From Candidatus Poribacteria bacterium (lineage in GTDB: Bacteria; Poribacteria; WGA-4E; B28-G17), in assembly GCA_021162805.1 (NCBI GenBank), contig JAGGXZ010000182.1, forward strand, positions 17,009-81,008: a DNA stretch of 64,000 bases, given 5' to 3'. The notes under the pieces are model-generated. The model made no database searches and was not told where the DNA came from. It saw nothing but the letters and a program-made list of their open reading frames with translations. Numbering within the stretch: the stretch's first letter is position 1; the number at the start of each line of letters is the position of its first letter. Positions 9,147-18,265 of this stretch are shown piece by piece. A program made the position numbers and the translations under genes.

Positions 9147-10194
9147 CGTTTTAACGTTCAACGTCCTAACGCTCAGTTTCATACTATCATCTATACCCCT
9201 CGCGGATGTCAAGACGATATCGACGATCAGAACGGCTATGCATTCCCTTACGATCAAATCGGAATTCGATATCGCTGAAAGGAGAGCTATCTTTCACACA
9301 GCGATGAAGTTCCCATCCCCTCCTGAAGGACTGAGATGGAGGCTTGATCTTTACTCGTCTGATGGAGAGCTCATCAAGCGATTCGAAGGTGGGAAACTTC
9401 CTCCAAGCGTGATCGTCTGGTCGGCGCCAGGTGATCTGAGCGGAGGTGTGATCTACCAACTCACTCTCTCGTTCAGGGGAGTTGATTTCCCATCAACGCC
9501 ACGAGCGATCCTCCTGCCTACCTCACGATACATCTCCGAACTCCCCAAATTTCGCCTCCAAGCTCAACCGAAAGAGCTATCGGGTGGGACCTCCACCTTG
9601 GTGATCATCACCCCTATAGGAACGACTCACCTATCTATTCGGCCTAAGCTATGTGTGATGGACGAGGAGGGGGCGGAAGTATGGGGGAGAAAGCTGAATG
9701 GTGGACCGGAGCTGGTGAGGTGGGATGGGAAGGATGCTCATGGCAAGTCGGTCAATCCAGGGGTCTATATATGTGTGGTAAGAGAGAAAGGTATGATCCT
9801 TTCGAATTTCGTTATCTTGGTCGTAAGGCCTCCCGAGGAAAAGGGTTCCTTCTTCTCATCCTCGATACTCTTTCACCCCAAATCAGCAGAACTCACCTCG
9901 GAAGGTATGAATCGGATCGGCGAAGTTCTCTCCTTTGTCAGAGCTCATCCTGGGGTGGCTGTGAATCTGAGAGTTGGTATATCTCCCGGCGATCCAATCC
10001 GGGGGTTAGAACTGGCTTACAAAAGGGTCAAAGAGGTGATAGGGCAGCTTGATCGGGCTTCTCCGGGTCTCATCCGAATAACAGGGTTCATCCTGGAGAG
10101 CGATGAGGTCAGAGTGGATCTAGTTCCCTATCAAAGCGGAAATTTCTTCCCATCTCTAACCCCTTCCTCCGATCGTAGCTCCGATTCTCCCTAG
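9124..10194 (+). CDS. Hypothetical exported protein with a FlgD-Ig-like WDGKD..G..V.PGVY segment and a possible degenerate OmpA-like C-terminus
   Basis: Hydrophobic N-terminus. WDGKDAHGKSVNPGVYICVV resembles the FlgD-Ig / CTD motif. C-terminal FHPKSAEL...RVGISPGD...ELAYKRVKEV loosely resembles the OmpA/MotB C-domain. The start codon is uncertain. Confidence 0.3.
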   Translation: MGWLNAFNVLTFNVLTLSFILSSIPLADVKTISTIRTAMHSLTIKSEFDIAERRAIFHTAMKFPSPPEGLRWRLDLYSSDGELIKRFEGGKLPPSVIVWSAPGDLSGGVIYQLTLSFRGVDFPSTPRAILLPTSRYISELPKFRLQAQPKELSGGTSTLVIITPIGTTHLSIRPKLCVMDEEGAEVWGRKLNGGPELVRWDGKDAHGKSVNPGVYICVVREKGMILSNFVILVVRPPEEKGSFFSSSILFHPKSAELTSEGMNRIGEVLSFVRAHPGVAVNLRVGISPGDPIRGLELAYKRVKEVIGQLDRASPGLIRITGFILESDEVRVDLVPYQSGNFFPSLTPSSDRSSDSP

Positions 10195-10214
10195 TCATTT
10201 AGCCTCCAAAGTCA

Positions 10215-10230
10215 TGGCATAGAAATTGCT
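10215..10230 (+). promoter_or_regulatory. Candidate sigma54 (-24/-12) promoter upstream of fliL
   Basis: TGGCAT-AGAAA-TTGCT, with GG at 10216-17 and GC at 10228-29 (12-nt offset), matches the TGGCAC-N5-TTGCW consensus. It lies ~95 nt upstream of the fliL ATG. Confidence 0.4.
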
Positions 10231-10321
10231 TTCTGACCTTAGGCGCTGGGCCTTTAAACGCCATTTCACTATAGGCGGCGGATTGCCGCCGCTGATGTTC
10301 ACGAGTGGGAGGTCTTAATAA

Positions 10322-10828
10322 ATGGCGAAGGAGAAAAGAATAGAAGGGGAAGGGGAAAAAAATGGAGGTTCAGGGATGCTTAAAAACCTCATTCCGTATC
10401 TGGGAACTTTGATCGCTTTAACCGCCATCGCGTATATAATGGTAACCAGATTCATGCCCGCACCGCCCTCCAGTGCCTCAATACAGCGGGGAGCAGTTCA
10501 AAGGAAGGAGGCCGAAACTGAAGAAAACGGGGTGCTTTATGAGTTTGGAGATGTCATCGCCAATCCGGCTCAAACTGAGGGCACCAGATTTCTGAAGGTG
10601 ACCATCTATCTGGAACTGCGCAAAGGGGAATATCAGAAGATCGTGGATAAGTATAAACCAAAACTGCAGGATGTGACCCTACAGATCCTTTCCTCAAAGA
10701 CGGTGGAAGAGCTGGAGGACGTATCCAAGAGGGGAGATCTCCGGAAGGAGATAACCGATGCAATGAACTCAGTGCTCGGAAGGAAAGTTGTGTTGAAGGT
10801 ATTCTTCACCGAATTCGTCATCCAGTGA
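10322..10828 (+). CDS. fliL: Flagellar basal-body-associated protein FliL
   Basis: Short charged N-terminus, a single TM segment (LIPYLGTLIALTAIAYIMV), then RFLKVTIYLEL...LSSKTVEEL...VFFTEFVIQ, which is the FliL consensus. Confidence 0.8.
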   Translation: MAKEKRIEGEGEKNGGSGMLKNLIPYLGTLIALTAIAYIMVTRFMPAPPSSASIQRGAVQRKEAETEENGVLYEFGDVIANPAQTEGTRFLKVTIYLELRKGEYQKIVDKYKPKLQDVTLQILSSKTVEELEDVSKRGDLRKEITDAMNSVLGRKVVLKVFFTEFVIQ

Positions 10829-10843
10829 TCAGAGGTTGAAAGG

Positions 10844-11896
10844 ATGGAGAAGCTTCTCTCTCAGGAGGAGATAGATGCTCTCTTAGATGCTATATCGAAT
10901 AAGAGGATCGATGAGGCGCGTCAACCATCCCAGGATGAGCCGAAATCCGTTAGGCTTTACGATTTCAGCAGGCCGGGCAGGGTTTCAAAGGATTACACCC
11001 GTTCCTTACATATCCTGCACCGCCACTTCGCCAGAATCTACAGCTCTTCCCTCTCATCGCTTCTGAGAACGCTTGTGGAGATAGAGTGCACTCAGGTGGA
11101 GCAATTGACGTACGGCGATTTCCTAATGTCCCTCTCGGAGATGTCCTGTCTGGTTATATTCTCCATGGAGCCGCTTAAAGGGGTAGCGGTGATGGAGATA
11201 GGACCGCAGTTGATCTTCCCCATGGTGGATAGACTGCTGGGAGGATCGGGGATGACATCAGTGGAACCTCATAGGATGACCGAGATCGAAAAATCCATAA
11301 TAGAGCGGGCCATAAAGGCCTCTTTAGAAGCCCTCGGCGAGATATGGAAATTCGTCTCCAAGGATATCAACGTTGAGCTTCAGAGAATAGAAACCGATCC
11401 GCAATACGTTCAGGTTATGGCCTCCAGCGATACGGTTATGTTGATCGTATTCGACGTTAAATTCGGTCAGACGATCGGGATGATGAGCATATGTTATCCC
11501 TTCTCTATGATAGAACCGGCCCTTATCAACGCCCGACCTGAGCAGTGGCTTTTCAACTATCATAGCGGCGGCGATGAGAAATACACGCCTGAGATACGGA
11601 GAAGGGTGGAGAAAGCGGATATAGTCGTCAGGGCCCATTTCCCACCAAGCAGGATAAAGCTTGGAGATCTCCTGAGACTGAAGGTGGGAGATATAATCAA
11701 ACTCGATGTGAGAATCAAAAACGGAAAGCTTCTCGATCCGGTCATACTGGATGTCGGCGGCCAGAAACGGTTCGTCGCCAAACCGGGGAGGGTCGGCAAA
11801 AAGAAGGCGGTCAAAATCATCGGCGTTTTAACTGACGAGGATGAGATAAACTTCCACGGGACCGGGAGTGTGAAAGATGGAGAATCTAAAGCCTGA
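10844..11896 (+). CDS. fliM: Flagellar motor switch protein FliM
   Basis: N-terminal [10 protein letters not shown] (the CheY-P-binding LSQxEIDALL motif), a middle FliM domain and a C-terminal FliN-like segment. About 350 aa. Confidence 0.9.
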   Translation: MEKLLSQEEIDALLDAISNKRIDEARQPSQDEPKSVRLYDFSRPGRVSKDYTRSLHILHRHFARIYSSSLSSLLRTLVEIECTQVEQLTYGDFLMSLSEMSCLVIFSMEPLKGVAVMEIGPQLIFPMVDRLLGGSGMTSVEPHRMTEIEKSIIERAIKASLEALGEIWKFVSKDINVELQRIETDPQYVQVMASSDTVMLIVFDVKFGQTIGMMSICYPFSMIEPALINARPEQWLFNYHSGGDEKYTPEIRRRVEKADIVVRAHFPPSRIKLGDLLRLKVGDIIKLDVRIKNGKLLDPVILDVGGQKRFVAKPGRVGKKKAVKIIGVLTDEDEINFHGTGSVKDGESKA

Positions 11897-12290
11897 AGAG
11901 ATAAACAATATGTCGCCGGAGGAGCTTCAGAGCTTAGCGGACTCCTCCCAAGAGGACGTTTTAGGAGAGGAATTTCAGGTGGAAGAGGGAGAGGAGAAGA
12001 TATCGATCCCATATGAGGAGGAGCTCCCGAAGGACAACATAGAGCTGCTGATGGATGTCGAGCTGGATGTCATAATCGAGCTGGGCCGGACCAAGATGCG
12101 GATAGGAGACATATTGAGGCTGGTGCCGGGCGCTATAATCGAACTGGATAAGCTCGCCGGCGAGCCGGTGGATGTTTTGGTCAACAACAAGCCTATCGCT
12201 AAGGGAGAAGTGGTGGTCCTGGACGAAAACTTCGGCGTGAGGATCACCAGCATAATCAATCAGGAGCAGAGACTTAAAAGCCTAGGGTGA
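11877..12290 (+). CDS. fliN: Flagellar motor switch protein FliN
   Basis: C-terminal SpoA/FliN domain ([58 protein letters not shown]). Overlaps the fliM end. Confidence 0.85.
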   Translation: MENLKPEEINNMSPEELQSLADSSQEDVLGEEFQVEEGEEKISIPYEEELPKDNIELLMDVELDVIIELGRTKMRIGDILRLVPGAIIELDKLAGEPVDVLVNNKPIAKGEVVVLDENFGVRITSIINQEQRLKSLG

Positions 12291-12293
12291 GGG

Positions 12294-12788
12294 ATGAAGA
12301 GGAATTTGTTGAGTTTTGGAGTTCGTTGCGTTATAGCGTTCGTTACGTTCAGCGCAATGGCACAATTCGCCTGGACAGGGCAATCGGGACCTAAGGGTGG
12401 ACTCGATTACGAGAGACCCGATCTCCCAGGCATGCCCGATCTCCTAGGAGCGACACTGCGCGTGGCATTGGGGCTTATCATCGTGGTAGCCCTTCTTATC
12501 GGAGGGTTTTACCTTCTAAAAAGGCTTTCAGGTAGGGTGAGGCTGCAAGAGGAAGACATACCGGTCAAGCTGCTCTGGCAACAGAGCATCGGGCCGAGGC
12601 GATCCATATGCCTGGTCAAAGTTCTCGATAAGGTGCTGGTATTGGGCGTGACGAACACAAACATATCCCATCTGATGACGCTAACGAATGAGGAAGCGAG
12701 CTCACTTGAGATCCGACCGGAGATGGGCGGATCCACCGATCTCATCTCAGCTTTCAAAAAGCTGAGCGGTTTGAGGTTTAAAAGATGA
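12294..12788 (+). CDS. fliO: Flagellar biosynthesis protein FliO
   Basis: Single TM segment (LGLIIVVALLIGGFYLL), then LLWQQSIGPRRSICLVKVLDKVLVLGVT, the FliO pattern (hydrophobic stretch, then rxxl-VxVgxxxLLLGVTxxxI). Positioned between fliN and fliP. Confidence 0.6.
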   Translation: MKRNLLSFGVRCVIAFVTFSAMAQFAWTGQSGPKGGLDYERPDLPGMPDLLGATLRVALGLIIVVALLIGGFYLLKRLSGRVRLQEEDIPVKLLWQQSIGPRRSICLVKVLDKVLVLGVTNTNISHLMTLTNEEASSLEIRPEMGGSTDLISAFKKLSGLRFKR

Positions 12789-13540
12789 GAAGGTGGGTTG
12801 CCATAGCTGTGATCGCCCTGTCTCTGATTCCCTGTCTTTGCCAGGGCCAGCAGATCATACCTCTACCCCGCATCACCGTCGATGTGGGAGCGGCCAATGC
12901 GGAAAACCCACGGCAGCTTTCCACGGCCATACAGATCCTTTTCCTAATAACAGCCCTCTCCCTGGCACCCGCCTTCCTGATTATGATGACATCGTTCACC
13001 AGGATCATAGTAGTGCTTTCGTTTTTAAGACATGGACTTGCGACCCAGCAGTTGCCATCCAATCAGATATTGGCAGGGTTGGCCTTATTCTTAACCGTCT
13101 TCGTGATGATGCCAATATGGAAGGATATAAACGAGAACGCCCTCAAACCCTATCTGGATGGTAAGATAGATCAATCCCAGGCGTTCCATAATGCCATCTC
13201 CCCGCTTAGAAAATTCATGTTCAAACAGACAAGGACAAAGGATCTGGCCTTAATGGTCAAGCTCTCCGGGATGCCGAAACCCAAAAACGAAAATGATGTG
13301 CCCACGTATGTCCTGATACCGGCCTTTGTGATCAGCGAGCTGAAAACGGCGTTCCAAATAGGATTTCTGCTTTTCGTGCCGTTTCTGGTGATAGATATGG
13401 TCGTGGCCTCAATATTGATGGCCATGGGGATGATGATGGTGCCGCCGGTGATAATCTCACTGCCATTTAAAGTCCTGCTTTTCGTGCTCGTGGACGGATG
13501 GAGCCTCGTCGTCGGCTCTCTTGTGGGCAGTTTCAGATAG
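12785..13540 (+). CDS. fliP: Flagellar export-gate protein FliP
   Basis: Signal peptide plus the highly conserved FliP core ([45 protein letters not shown]...[26 protein letters not shown]). Confidence 0.9.
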   Translation: [251 protein letters not shown]

Positions 13541-13549
13541 GGGGAGACT

Positions 13550-13819
13550 ATGGAGCTTGAAAGGACGGTCTATGTATTAAGTGAAGCGATAAAGCTCGTT
13601 TTTCTGCTTTCAGGGCCCGTGCTGTTGGCCTGCCTTGGCGTGGGACTTATAGTGAGTGTCCTTCAGGCGCTCACTCAGATCCAGGAGATCACTCTCAGTT
13701 TTGTGCCCAAGATATTGGCCGCCTTCGTGACGCTGGCGATATTTCTGCCGTGGATGCTGAAGTTGGCTGTCAGTTTTACTACAGCTCTGCTCAGAAACGT
13801 AGACCTGTTCATCAGATAA
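13550..13819 (+). CDS. fliQ: Flagellar export-gate protein FliQ
   Basis: 89 aa with two TM segments. GPVLLACLGVGLIVSVLQALTQIQEITLSFVPKI matches FliQ. Confidence 0.9.
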   Translation: MELERTVYVLSEAIKLVFLLSGPVLLACLGVGLIVSVLQALTQIQEITLSFVPKILAAFVTLAIFLPWMLKLAVSFTTALLRNVDLFIR

Positions 13820-13891
13820 CCTTCGTTCATATTGAGGAACAAGGAGCGAGAAAATAATGACAAGGAGACAAGGTGACAATGGGATAAAGAG

Positions 13892-14662
13892 ATGGGTATA
13901 GATTTAACGGGCATGGAAAGGTTCATATTGGTTCTCTTTAGAGCTGCTGGAGTTGTGACCTTCGTGCCTTTTTGGGGAAGTAGGTTGATACCTGTTAAGG
14001 TCAAGATAGGGCTCTGCTTCGTCCTGGCCGTCGTGTTCTACTCCATATCGGCGGGGGTAAGCTTCTCGCCGACGGAGGATATATTCAAACTGAGCTGGAT
14101 GATACTGAAAGAGACAGCCGTCGGTGCTGTGTTAGGTCTGGCCGGACATGTGGTGTTCTCCGGGGTGGAACTCGCAGGCGAGATGGCGGGGATGCAGATG
14201 GGGCTTAGGATGGCAACAGCTGTGGACCCCCAGTTCGAGACACAATCATCCCTGCTGGCCCAATTCAACGTGCTCTTCGCTCTGATGGTGCTTCTAGCGA
14301 TAAACGGACACTATTGGTTCTTGGAAGGCTTGGCCAGATCGTTCCGACTTATCCCACCTGGAGGAATGGTACTGCGTGAGGTTACCTTCGCTCGGATGAT
14401 GGCCCTCGTGGGGGATTTATTCCTGATAGGCCTGAAGATGAGCGCACCGATAGTTGTAGCTATGCTGATAACGAATGCCGCTTTGGGGTTAATGGTGAGG
14501 GTGGTACCTCAGATGAACATCTTCGTCGTAGGATTTCCCGTCCTGATCGCCGTTGGTCTGATCCTTCTTTTCTTCTCCTTGAAGGCTATCGCCTATCTCC
14601 TGATAAACCTTTTCCTGCAGATGCATAAGGACATAGACTTTCTCATCGGAGAGTTAGGATGA
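13892..14662 (+). CDS. fliR: Flagellar export-gate protein FliR
   Basis: About 256 aa polytopic membrane protein, with FLLVLFRAAGVVTFVPFWG...VLGLAGHVVFSGVELAGEMAGMQMGL typical of FliR. The stop overlaps the next ORF. Confidence 0.85.
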   Translation: MGIDLTGMERFILVLFRAAGVVTFVPFWGSRLIPVKVKIGLCFVLAVVFYSISAGVSFSPTEDIFKLSWMILKETAVGAVLGLAGHVVFSGVELAGEMAGMQMGLRMATAVDPQFETQSSLLAQFNVLFALMVLLAINGHYWFLEGLARSFRLIPPGGMVLREVTFARMMALVGDLFLIGLKMSAPIVVAMLITNAALGLMVRVVPQMNIFVVGFPVLIAVGLILLFFSLKAIAYLLINLFLQMHKDIDFLIGELG

Positions 14663-17217
14663 AGGAGAAGGGTTTAAGCTCGAAGGAGGTCGAAAGGCTA
14701 TCGGCTATCCTGAGAAATGAAGCGGCCAGCACTCGGGAGAGGCTCCTGGCAATCAGAGCCCTCTCGACGATCGACTCGCCGCACGTATTAGCCAATATAT
14801 TGTTGGTTGCCAGCTCACAGAATAAAAGGCTAGCTCAGGAAGGAGCTGAGTTGATAAGGAAGCTCGATCAAGCCTCCCTCTTCAAGCTTCTGGATCATAT
14901 GCTGCTCAATAGGGAGGAGATCGGCTACTTCGGTCAGAAGATGTTTGAGGTTCTCTACAAGCTGAGGGAACAGGATGTGCTCAAATATATAGTGATAAAC
15001 GCCATCAAAAACGGGGAGGAGTGGGGGGAGAAAAGGCGGACCTTAAGCCAGTGGATGAGAAATTTGGGGCTGATAGAAAAATACGTGGATCTTCTAGGCG
15101 AGCTTCCGGTTGAATTGGCCAAATCATTGGGAAAGATCCTCAAGAAGGTTGATGACAGGGTGGTGCTTGATATAGCCCGATCGGCGAAAGGTATAAAGGG
15201 TATAAACAAAGAGAAGAGCGTTAAACTCCTCGATGTCCTTTATGATGTGGCGGATAACGAGGGAATAGCTCCGATATTGGTCAATCTGCTCTCGAGCGAC
15301 GATCAGAGAATAAGATCCAAAACGGCGCTTATACTGGGTAAGCTTTCGGATAACCTCCATTTCTTCCATAACGCCCTTAAAGATCCAGATCCGCGCGTCA
15401 GAGCCAATGCGGTGGAAGGACTATGGGGGCTTGATAACCCAAAGGCGAGGGATATATATCTAGAGGCTCTCGGCGATGAGAACAACCGCGTTAGAGCTAA
15501 TGCGGCCAAAGGACTCTACGAGATGGGTGATCCTAGGGGACTTCAGGTGTTGAAAGAGATGATTGATGATCATGATGGGATGATGCGCGCCAGTTCCGCC
15601 TGGGTGTTGGGCGAGATGGGAGATACCAGTATGATAGGGAAGCTCGAAAGTATGGCTGCCGGAGATCCAGCTGAGATAGCCCGCCGCAATGCCATCAGGG
15701 CGATCGAGAAGATACTCACCAAAAAGGTTGTTCCCACCCTGCGGGATCTCATCCGCTTTATGAACAAGATCGATCCGGATGCGGTTTCAAACCCTCTGAG
15801 GTTTTTCAGAAGAATTGCTGCCCTGAGATCGATAAGATCTGAGATGCTTGTTGAGGTGCTCAGCGCTGCTCCGCCGGTCGATTCCCCGATCGTAAGGCGC
15901 AAGCTGATAGAATCCATAGCCGGCGGTCTTGAGGATATGGCGGATGACGGTTTGCTTCTACTCGCCTTGATGTCGGCGATCCGATTTGACAAGATGTCGT
16001 TCTGGAGCAGGATCATAGAGGGTATCCAGGCGATGATACAGAGGCCGGAGGATAGATTGACGATCCTCAGCGGAGGGGTGGAAACGATGCCGGATATGCT
16101 CCTGGCGACCCTCAAAGAGGGCATGCCCTCAACTGCCGCTCCCATAGCCGAGATCCTAAGATGGGAAGATGAGGCGATAATCGAAAGACTGAAACCTCTG
16201 CTTGATGATTCGAACCCTCTCGTTAGATCGCTGGCAGCGGAGACGATCGGCCTCCTCGGAAGATTTGAAACGCTCGATCGGCTGGAGGAGATGGCTCGAT
16301 CCGATCCTGATCCTTCTGTCAGGGAAAAAGCTCTGAAGGCAATTGAAAGGCTGAAAACAACGGCCGAAATCACCTCTACCCTTCCCGATGAACTGCATAT
16401 GAGGATCCTCCATCTTTCGTTGGAAAACCTTCCGGAGATCTCAATCTCAGTGTCTCTCATGGATGGTAACTCGAACTCTATAGATACCTTGAGGGAAGAG
16501 GAGATCCACCTCTTCGAAAACGGCAGGCCGATAGACTGCAGATTCGAGCGACTTGGAGAGGAAATGCCGGTTTATGTTGTGATACTGATGGACTACAGCT
16601 TGAGCATGTCGGACGAAGATATATACAGGATGGAAGAGGCTGTCTCAGAGTTTATTTCCTCAGTGAAAGGTGAGGATCGAATAGCGATCCTGAAGTTCGC
16701 CTCAGAGATATACGTCCCACAGCCGCTGAACAAGGTGGATCGCCTGCGTCATGACCCTATCAGAGGAGGATTTAAGGGGGACAGAGACGGAACCATGCTA
16801 TATGATGCCTTGGATAGGGCGATCTCTATCCTCAACGAGCTGGAGGGGATAAAGCTGGCCATAGTGCTGACCGACGGGGAGGACAGCGGAAGTACCAAGA
16901 CGGCCAAAGACGTCATCCATAACGCTCTTAAAAACGGGATAAGCATCCACGCCATAGCTCTGGGAGATGAGGTCGACGAGGGAACACTCAGAAACCTGGC
17001 CATATCGACCGGTGGCGCCCTATATGCCACCGGCGATCCCGGTGAGCTTGGAAAGATCTACCGGGAGATCTCATCCTCACTGCAGTCCCATTACAGATTG
17101 AGCTATAGGTCTTGGGCCTGGGATAATGAAGTCCAAAACGCATTTTTAATCATCAGAGCTGATCTCGGCCCGTTAACCCCTGAAGCTTGGACAAAGGTGA
17201 TACTGAGAAATGGCTGA
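14659..17217 (+). CDS. Cytoplasmic HEAT-repeat + von Willebrand factor A (VWA) domain protein embedded in the flagellar export operon. Function unknown.
   Basis: ATG 14659 overlaps the fliR stop (ATGA) and the 3' end overlaps flhB ATG 17210. No signal peptide or TM. HEAT/PBS-lyase-like repeats: DPDPRVRANAVEGL, DENNRVRANAAKGL, DHDGMMRASSAWVLGEMGD, DSNPLVRSLAAETIGLLG, DPDPSVREKALKAIERL. C-terminal VWA with MIDAS residues (LMDYSLSMS...GTMLYDAL...LTDGED). Confidence 0.7.
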   Translation: MKEKGLSSKEVERLSAILRNEAASTRERLLAIRALSTIDSPHVLANILLVASSQNKRLAQEGAELIRKLDQASLFKLLDHMLLNREEIGYFGQKMFEVLYKLREQDVLKYIVINAIKNGEEWGEKRRTLSQWMRNLGLIEKYVDLLGELPVELAKSLGKILKKVDDRVVLDIARSAKGIKGINKEKSVKLLDVLYDVADNEGIAPILVNLLSSDDQRIRSKTALILGKLSDNLHFFHNALKDPDPRVRANAVEGLWGLDNPKARDIYLEALGDENNRVRANAAKGLYEMGDPRGLQVLKEMIDDHDGMMRASSAWVLGEMGDTSMIGKLESMAAGDPAEIARRNAIRAIEKILTKKVVPTLRDLIRFMNKIDPDAVSNPLRFFRRIAALRSIRSEMLVEVLSAAPPVDSPIVRRKLIESIAGGLEDMADDGLLLLALMSAIRFDKMSFWSRIIEGIQAMIQRPEDRLTILSGGVETMPDMLLATLKEGMPSTAAPIAEILRWEDEAIIERLKPLLDDSNPLVRSLAAETIGLLGRFETLDRLEEMARSDPDPSVREKALKAIERLKTTAEITSTLPDELHMRILHLSLENLPEISISVSLMDGNSNSIDTLREEEIHLFENGRPIDCRFERLGEEMPVYVVILMDYSLSMSDEDIYRMEEAVSEFISSVKGEDRIAILKFASEIYVPQPLNKVDRLRHDPIRGGFKGDRDGTMLYDALDRAISILNELEGIKLAIVLTDGEDSGSTKTAKDVIHNALKNGISIHAIALGDEVDEGTLRNLAISTGGALYATGDPGELGKIYREISSSLQSHYRLSYRSWAWDNEVQNAFLIIRADLGPLTPEAWTKVILRNG

Positions 17218-18265
17218 AGATCAGGAGAAAACCGAACAGCCAAGTCAACGAAGACAGGAGAAGGCACGGGAAAAAGGGGAGGTTCCCAGAAGTCGCGAGC
17301 TGAATACGGCTATTGTGCTCCTGATAGGCCTTCTCGCTCTCAGATTCCTCGCGCCGAGAATATCGCTCGGTATCGAGGATACCTTCAGAGCCATGTGGAA
17401 CTCTGAACTCTGGAAGACAGATGGAATTTCGTATGACGTTCTCCCAATGGCGATAGTCAGAATGTTGTGGATCGTGCTGCCGATAATGTTGATCCTGGCC
17501 TGTGTTGGATTCATGGTCGGATTCGCTCAGGTTGGAGGAGTCTTCTCAATCCAGGCGATCACCCCCGATCTAAGCAGGATAAGCCCGGGCAAGGGGGTAT
17601 CGAGGATCTTCTCCAAGATGGGAGCTATGGAGATGGTCAAATCGCTGATAAAGATCAGCGCTATCGGATATATAGGATATACGACCATCAGGGGTCAGAT
17701 GGATAAGCTGCCCTTATTAACATCGGAGAATGCCGCGGGGATCGCCGCATATGCTATGAAGGCGATCTTCGATCTGGGAATGAAGGTCGTCGTGCTGATG
17801 CTGTTCGTGGCGGCGATGGACTACGGATTCCAGAGATGGCAACATATACAGAACCTCAAAATGACCCGTAGAGAGCTAAAGGAGGAGCTGAAGGAGACGG
17901 AGGGCGATCCGATAATCAGATCGATACTCAGGGAAAGAGGAATGGAGATCGCCAGAAGGAGGATGATGCAGGAGGTTCCCAAGGCGGATGTCGTCGTCAC
18001 AAACCCACAGCATATAGCCGTAGCTTTGAAATACGACAAGAAGATCGCCCCCAGCCCTCTCGTCGTGGCCAAAGGAGCGGATCTGCTGGCGCAGAGGATA
18101 AAGGAGATCGCCAGGGAACATAAAGTGCCTATCTTCGAGAATCCACCCCTGGCGAGGGCTCTGTATGAAACGGTCGATATCGGGGAGATGATACCGGAGG
18201 AGCTTTATTTCGCTGTGGCGCAGATACTGGCTCAGGTTTATAGGATGAGAGGTGTTGCGGTATGA
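17210..18265 (+). CDS. flhB: Flagellar export protein FlhB
   Basis: N-terminal EKTEQPSQRRQEKAREKGEVPRSRELN (the FlhB start), four TM segments, and a C-terminal autocleavage region VVVTNPQHIAVALKYD (NPQH in place of the canonical NPTH). Confidence 0.9.
   Translation: MAEDQEKTEQPSQRRQEKAREKGEVPRSRELNTAIVLLIGLLALRFLAPRISLGIEDTFRAMWNSELWKTDGISYDVLPMAIVRMLWIVLPIMLILACVGFMVGFAQVGGVFSIQAITPDLSRISPGKGVSRIFSKMGAMEMVKSLIKISAIGYIGYTTIRGQMDKLPLLTSENAAGIAAYAMKAIFDLGMKVVVLMLFVAAMDYGFQRWQHIQNLKMTRRELKEELKETEGDPIIRSILRERGMEIARRRMMQEVPKADVVVTNPQHIAVALKYDKKIAPSPLVVAKGADLLAQRIKEIAREHKVPIFENPPLARALYETVDIGEMIPEELYFAVAQILAQVYRMRGVAV

Noticed and set aside
10231-10321. Sigma28 (TAAA-N15-GCCGATAA) promoter, or a terminator, in the fliL leader
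   Set aside because: TAAA at ~10253 is followed after 15 nt by GGCGGCGGATTG, which does not match GCCGATAA. The GCGGCGG/CCGCCGC hairpin (10277-10294) is not followed by a T-tract. I kept only the sigma54-like element further upstream.
12793-13164. ORF 12793-13164 (+) and other alternative-frame ORFs inside fliP and the flagellar genes
   Set aside because: They lie in a different frame of strongly conserved genes, with Pro/Arg/Ser-rich non-protein-like sequence.
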